The notes beneath the pieces were generated by a model that saw nothing but the letters and a program-made list of their open reading frames with translations, was not told where the DNA came from and did no database searches. A program made the translations under genes and the position numbers. A stretch of DNA of 61,344 nt, the filler included. It is 13 parts of 13 records of this genome, joined end to end, with 100 filler letters (N's around TTAATTAATTAA, not from the genome) between each part and the next. Parts side by side here need not be neighbours in the genome. Positions count along the whole stretch, not along the records: positions 53,485 to 61,344 come from SRR7504441_15140; 12 more parts are not named here. One strand, written 5' to 3'. This document shows positions 55,653-61,344 of the stretch, in pieces; the first letter of the stretch is position 1, and each line of letters starts with the position of its first letter.

Positions 55653-56681
55653 ATGCAGAAGCAAGACTGCATCGAGGCATTGGTCCGTGCCCCGGGCGAC
55701 AGGATGCTAACTGCCTGCAGGTATTACTCCGGGTACGGTCCAAAGATCGGCTGTCAGAGCTGCCCGATGAGCAGCCGGACGCGCTGCTCGCCGGATGGGA
55801 TCACGGCATCCCACCCCCGCGCCCGGCCTATGACCCGCCCGTAGGGCTACGGATCCGGATCGAGGGCGCGGGGTGCCGGGCTACGGAACTGAGACCGCTC
55901 CGGGAGCGCCGGTTGAACAGCCGCAGCTCCAGCGAGTCCGACGATGAATTTAAACCGGCCATCTCCGCTCTGGTGGCCCGCGGCGAGTATGCGAGGTGAC
56001 CATGCGGCCGCAGGTAGACCTCACCGATGGCAAGAGGCGGAGCCCTGGGAGCGCTAACAGCCGGCCGGCCAGGCCGAGGGTGAGAGCCGGCCAAGGATAG
56101 CTCAACCGGGCAGCAGGGGCACTCGGTGGCCAAGCGGGCCTGGAATGCAGAGGAGGACGCGGTTGTGATCAGGCACGTGGAGTTACAAGGGGCGCGCGGG
56201 TGCGCCAACCCGCGGGGGAGCATGCTGAGCCACGGGCAGCTGGTCGCGTGTGGCAGCGCAGTTGCCGGGGCGGAAGGGAAAGCAATGCCGTGAGCGGTCG
56301 GCTCAAGCCTTGAGGGCCGGACTCACAGTGGGACTAGGTGGCACAACCACCTCAAGCCTGAGATTCGGAAGGATCCGTGGACTGCGGCGGAGGAGAGGAT
56401 TCTTGTCGAGGCGCACTCGGCACATGGCAACCATTGGGCTCAGGTGTGCAGCCAGCGCTGGCCACGCCATACTCTGCCCAGATCGCTAAACTGTTGCCTG
56501 GACGGACCGACAACGCGATCAAGAACCATTGGAACTCGACCATTCGCCGTGAGCTGACACGGCAGGAGAAGCTGACAGCGCTCAGGTGTGACGGCGCGGC
56601 TGGTTGGGTGGCTGAGCCCGTCCCAGGTGTTGCGAGCTGCCCTTGAGTCAGTGCCCACCGCTCTCGCTCTCGCCGGGCTGA
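55653..56681 (+). CDS. Second R2R3-Myb transcription factor, about 7 introns of 37-40 nt
   Basis: KRAWNAEED...[39 protein letters not shown]...[26 protein letters not shown]. The start could be ATG 55563. Confidence 0.85.
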
Positions 56682-57176
56682 TTGGAGCCTTCTGCGGCAC
56701 ATGTACATTAGCAGATTATAACCAGCCCAGAGCTGTAGCGGGAGCATCTCAAACAACCAGCGTAAACATAGCAGCCAAAGTTCAACACTGTACAACCATG
56801 TTGGTTTGGTCGTACCAACATTTTCACCTATGTGTGCAGCACACATACAGCACACACATATGATTATTGCCATTTATGGCCAATATAGCTGTAGTTATGG
56901 GTCCCCGAGTAACCAGAACAGCCTTAGTATGCAAGAATGATAATCATCATGCCTAGGCAACTAGTAAGTTTAAGATGAATTATACGAGTACACGGATTTT
57001 ATTACCATGTACCAGTATGAAATGTATTAACTTTTACTACAAACTTGTATGAATTTATCAATTTATTTTGCATGATCAACTCAGCAACTAGCTGACTCCA
57101 TCGGACTCTAACATTATGGCGGACTGGTACCACTTCCTACTGAGTACATGGAGGCGCACCGTATTTTTAAATGAGA

Positions 57177-59878
57177 TTACTCCTTTAGCTCGTAATATTG
57201 GTTTGTACGTGGGTCGAAGTAACAATTCAACGCTGGATCATAGAGTAAGTCCAACTCCTCATCGGAATCCTGCACAGGCATCCGTGAGCAGGTATAGCCT
57301 CAAGCAGTTGTGGCGGCACTATTCAGTTACCTCGTCATTGTTAGCTGGGTCGACGCTGGGATGCAAGTGACTGCCCGCCGATATGTCAGCTTCTGTCGTA
57401 ACATGGTATTGCGTCTCGTCTAGGCAAGCATCATACAGCTCTGACGCGTTCCACCCAGGCTGAGCGTCGGGAAAATCGCCAGGCAGGTCAGGATGCTTCT
57501 CGGGCGAGTATGCGTGTGGGCTGAACTGCTTTTGCTGCGACTCAGCTGGACGTGACACCGCTAGATCGGCTGCATCAGTTGATTGCTCCAGGGCATCAGT
57601 ACCGAAATCCTTGTGGGATAAAGAAGAAGGAGAAGGAGAATCACTAGGTCTAAAGAGGGTACCACCCATCGCATCCCCACTAGAAGTGATCACTGCATAC
57701 AACAATCAGCTGGCCAGCCAAAGCCAGGGCATCGCTGCCTGGGCTGGGCCTGCTCAGCCATCTCGGAGCCACAGGACTCGGCTCGTCATCCGCGCCCACC
57801 TGCCCATCGAGCCTGGGCATTGGCATAGCGCCCCAAACCGACCTCAGGACTCTGTGAGAGCCACAAATCCTCGTCAGCCTCCGGCGTGTCACCGTGGAGT
57901 TCGTTGAGGGACCTGCAGCTCGCGGTGGACTCTAAACCACGAGTAGAACAGCACCTGCAGTGCTGCGAAGGGGAGGGCGACGCCACTGCAGAAGCCATGT
58001 ATCGGCTCTCCTCTCTGAGGCATCACAATTAGTCAGCAAATCAAGCAGCAGTTACCCGTAAATTTCCATGGCGTCTGCAAGAAGGGAGGACTCGCGAACC
58101 TGCGGCTGACAGTCACATTCAGCTAAAGGGCCACTCACTCCTGTTGGTTGCTCCGCGCTCTCCGAAAGCTGACTGGCCTGTGCTGACTGCGCTACTTGTG
58201 GCGCTGGCTGAGCTACTTGTGCCCAGCCCTCAGCTGCAGCAGGCATAGCTGCACTGCTGATTGGGAGCTCAGGCTGGTAGGCTGGCACCATCTCCGCGCC
58301 CCACGGGTTGTAGCCCTGCCCACTCACCCGGTCATTCTGCAGTCAGTCGCGCCAAGATACCGCCGGCGAGCCCGCTGCCACCTCTGGCTGGTATCGCGTG
58401 CTGTAATCAGCTGCCACAGGAGGAGGACTTGCTCTATCAGATTCTGTGCTCAGCTGCTGCCGCGCTCCTAGTTTGCTTTGTGCCCATACCTGCCGGCCAT
58501 TTGAGCCAGGTACGAGCATGCTAATGCTACCAGTCGTTTGGACCGCGCCGGCCTAACCTCACTGGCTGGGCGCTGCGGAGGGCTCGATAACAAATCACGA
58601 TCGTCAGCGTCCAGCGAGGACCTCACCGCCTGCAGGTGCCGCCGCCGCTCCTGCACCGAGTGAGATCAGCGGCCGACAGTCTATTAGCGATACCTGAAGC
58701 GACTGCCGGGCGAATTCGTCTTCGTTCTTGACCAGGTGTGCCTCAAAGGAAGAGTGTGGCGATCCGATGTCCCCTGAACCGCTCTCTCAGAAGCGAGCCC
58801 TGCGACCAGGCGCACCTGCATCGTCGCACCACGCAGTCCCCCGCTGATGCTGCATCCTCTCGACCCTCACGTTGGGTGGTTTACTGCTGTGTGCAGCTCC
58901 AGCTGGTTTACTGCGCCTAAGTGCACTGCCCGGGGCACTTCCCGGCCTAAGCACACCCTATCAGTGCCTGCCACCCAACGCCAGAAGGCACCGCTGCTTT
59001 CGTACTGGGCTGACGGGTTTGCGGCCGGCGCTGGTGGCAGGCCGCGTCTCCGGTTGGCGGGCGATCTCAATCTGATTCATGGAGACCACCTGCGGCTGCT
59101 CAGCCGGCTTCCCGCTCTGGTTGCCTGGAGAATCGAGCCCTCCAGATCCAGACTGGCCGGTATGGGCTCCTGGGTCTCGCTCGGAGCCATCAAGTCGAGC
59201 GGCGGGTGTCTCAGAGTGAAAACCTGCCGTCGGCTCGATCTGACCTGGCGCCGGCGGTACCTTCCGCAGGCTGCACCACGCACTGATCGATATAAAGTCG
59301 AGCGAACTGAACGCCTGGCCGATCCCAGTGAGCCGGGCCCCGCTGCCTCCGGGACCTGGCCCTCGAAGTTGTTGGCCACCAGGTCCGGTAGGTCCAGGCA
59401 CAAGTTGAGCCACCCATTCCGGTGAGCCACCTCCAGCGGCACCCGGGTGTGCAGCTGGGTCCGCCGGACTTCCTTGAAGCTGGTCGAGAGCAGAATCCGC
59501 CGCCGGGTGCCGAACGCGTCGTGGAACCCGAGCTCCAACCCGAATGATTTGCCCAGCGGCGCCCGCACCTGCAGCCCGCTCGCCGGCTGACTGGCGCCGC
59601 GGCGACCTGAAACACCAGGAACGGCTGCTGGAGCTGGAGGGTGTGCCGGCGGTCGTCGGCTGGCAGCTGAATCTTGCTCTGGGCGCCGTTGATCTCGATG
59701 ATGTAGCCCTTGGACTCGCGATCATACACTCGGCTCACGTTCTTGGACCCGCCGTACACCTGCGGTGGCTCGGCAGGCCGGACGACCGCACGGGCACCTT
59801 CCACTTCTCGAGCGGGTTGCGGCCTTTGGTGGTAAACACCTCCACAGCGGCGCCCCCCTGGAACGATGACGAAAACAT
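57177..59878 (-). CDS. CFAP20DC: CFAP20 domain-containing protein (C3orf67-like), spliced
   Basis: N-terminus [15 protein letters not shown]...QPFLVFQ...[12 protein letters not shown]...WLNLCLDL, plus the diagnostic last exon [22 protein letters not shown]. Confidence 0.85.
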
Positions 59879-60374
59879 CGCCCTGCGCAGCCCTCCCTCC
59901 TGCACAGCGCCAATCAAACTTCACCCTTGCACTTAAGCTTCATCACAATCGTGATCAGCGTGCATCACCGCATTGATCACCAGTCTTTGGAAGGACCCCG
60001 GGCGGGTCTGGGGGATACCACGCAGTCGCGGCGCATCGAGTGCGGACCCCCCCCCGGGCCGCCACCGTCTTTTGTCGTGAGGGAAGACAAGTGGGTGAGT
60101 CTTATGTTCGAGCTGTGCGCGGGTGCCAGCGGCACAAAGTCGGACGCTAGTCGGACGCGCGCGTGGGGAGAAGCTCACCAACGATCTTGGTGAGCGACCC
60201 ACGGAGCCCGATCCGCGCACGGTGCATGCTCTTGAATTGCTTGATACAAACTTACAGCCGAGTGCACTATGTGCAACCATTCAACGCAGCTGTCGAGCTG
60301 TCGATCCACACAAAATTGGAAACCGGCGCCGGCCTTCGGGCAACTTCAGTGTTCCCGACTGCTCGGGGCCGGAG

Positions 60375-61283
60375 ATGTCGAAGCGCAAGCGGAAGGCTGC
60401 AAAGGCCGGGCGCCAGCGCGGGCACACCACCCTGCGCCCGGCTGGGGCACCCCGCGTCGGCCTGGACTGGGCAAGCACCACCGACTGCGGCCTTCGGCCC
60501 ACAAACGAGGACCGGGCAACTGCGCTAGTGCTGGCGCCCGACGCAGGCCGGGTGGGCCTGTTCGCTGTGCTGGATGGTCACGGCGGGAGCCGGGCGGCCA
60601 GCTGGCTGCAGGCGCGGCTGCTGGAGGCGGTGTGGGCCCAGCTGGAGCAGCTCGATAGCCCGCTGTGCCCTGGGCAAGTGGCTGGGGCGCTGTGTACCGA
60701 GTTCGAGGACCAGGACCTCAAGCTGTGCGACCACCTGCGCTCCCGGGGCGGCACTGACGGGTCCACGTGCGTCTGCCTTGCTGTCCTGGCTGATCAGATG
60801 TTTGTGGCGAACACGGGTGACTCGCGGGCTGTGCTCGGCTGCCGGGACGGGAGGGCGCTGGCCTTATCCGACGATCAGACCCCGAGCAGGCCGGATGAGC
60901 GCTCGCGGATTGAGGCGGCGGGGGGGACTGTGATAGAGGTGGACGGAGTTCCACGTGTGGACGGCGAGTTGGCGCCATCCCGGGCGTTTGGTGACCCCGA
61001 GTACAAGGAGGACCCGTCGGTGCTGGCGGTGGTGGCCACGCCGGAGGTGCGCAATCTGGCTGTGGACGAGCAGGCGTGGTTCGTGGTGCTGGCCACTGAT
61101 GGGCTGTGGGACGTGGTGTCGAGTAAGGAGGCGGTGTCAGTTGTAGTGAGGGAGCTCAGCCAAGGTAAGGCTGTTGGAGCTGCCTGTGAGAGCCTGGTGG
61201 GGCTCGCTCTGGACAAGGGCAGCGCGGACAACGTGACTGTTTCGGTTGTGGAATTCAAGCACACTAAATGCAGGAACAACTAA
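60375..61283 (+). CDS. PP2C/PPM-family Ser/Thr phosphatase
   Basis: RPTNED, VLDGHGG, GST, ANTGDSRAVL, SRAFGD, LATDGLWDV and GSADNVTV. Basic NLS-like start MSKRKRK. Confidence 0.93.
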   Translation: MSKRKRKAAKAGRQRGHTTLRPAGAPRVGLDWASTTDCGLRPTNEDRATALVLAPDAGRVGLFAVLDGHGGSRAASWLQARLLEAVWAQLEQLDSPLCPGQVAGALCTEFEDQDLKLCDHLRSRGGTDGSTCVCLAVLADQMFVANTGDSRAVLGCRDGRALALSDDQTPSRPDERSRIEAAGGTVIEVDGVPRVDGELAPSRAFGDPEYKEDPSVLAVVATPEVRNLAVDEQAWFVVLATDGLWDVVSSKEAVSVVVRELSQGKAVGAACESLVGLALDKGSADNVTVSVVEFKHTKCRNN

Positions 61284-61344
61284 GCAGGTACATGTCCGTC
61301 ATGTAAGGCTGCGATAACTCCACCACCACTGACGACGCGCCGGC

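Noticed and set aside
1-61344. Prokaryotic defence systems, rRNA/tRNA genes, transposase or viral hallmark genes
   Set aside because: None recognised by eye. A covariance-model and HMM scan would be needed to exclude small RNAs definitively.

Overview
The window is not one locus. It is 13 short contigs (about 3-8 kb) joined by artificial 100-nt spacers (N44-TTAATTAATTAA-N44). The DNA is from a GC-rich, gene-dense microbial eukaryote with very short spliceosomal introns (mostly 37-56 nt), several with GC donors. Reading through the introns gives DPY19 C-mannosyltransferase, a 4-TM/EF-hand protein, topoisomerase III, two R2R3-Myb factors, MED10, a Gfo/Idh/MocA oxidoreductase, an ARM-repeat TKL kinase, MON2, an SF1 helicase, a DUF1338/HglS-like dioxygenase, a MAP3K, a calpain, CFAP20DC, a PP2C and several Cys-rich secreted proteins. 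The strongest candidate for an undescribed system is the 1390-codon ORF at 23482-27654. It joins a WRN-type 3'-5' exonuclease, a discoidin-like domain and a SAM domain to a CD39/GDA1(Ppx/GppA)-like NTP phosphohydrolase and a C-terminal RelA/SpoT nucleotidyltransferase of the toxin-like (Tas1/Apk, ExQxHT) type, which suggests a eukaryotic alarmone make-and-trim module. The second is contig 41852-45697, which carries families of sequence-related introns (Introner-like) and signs of recent intron and exon gain. All domain calls are by-eye motif recognition, not database hits.
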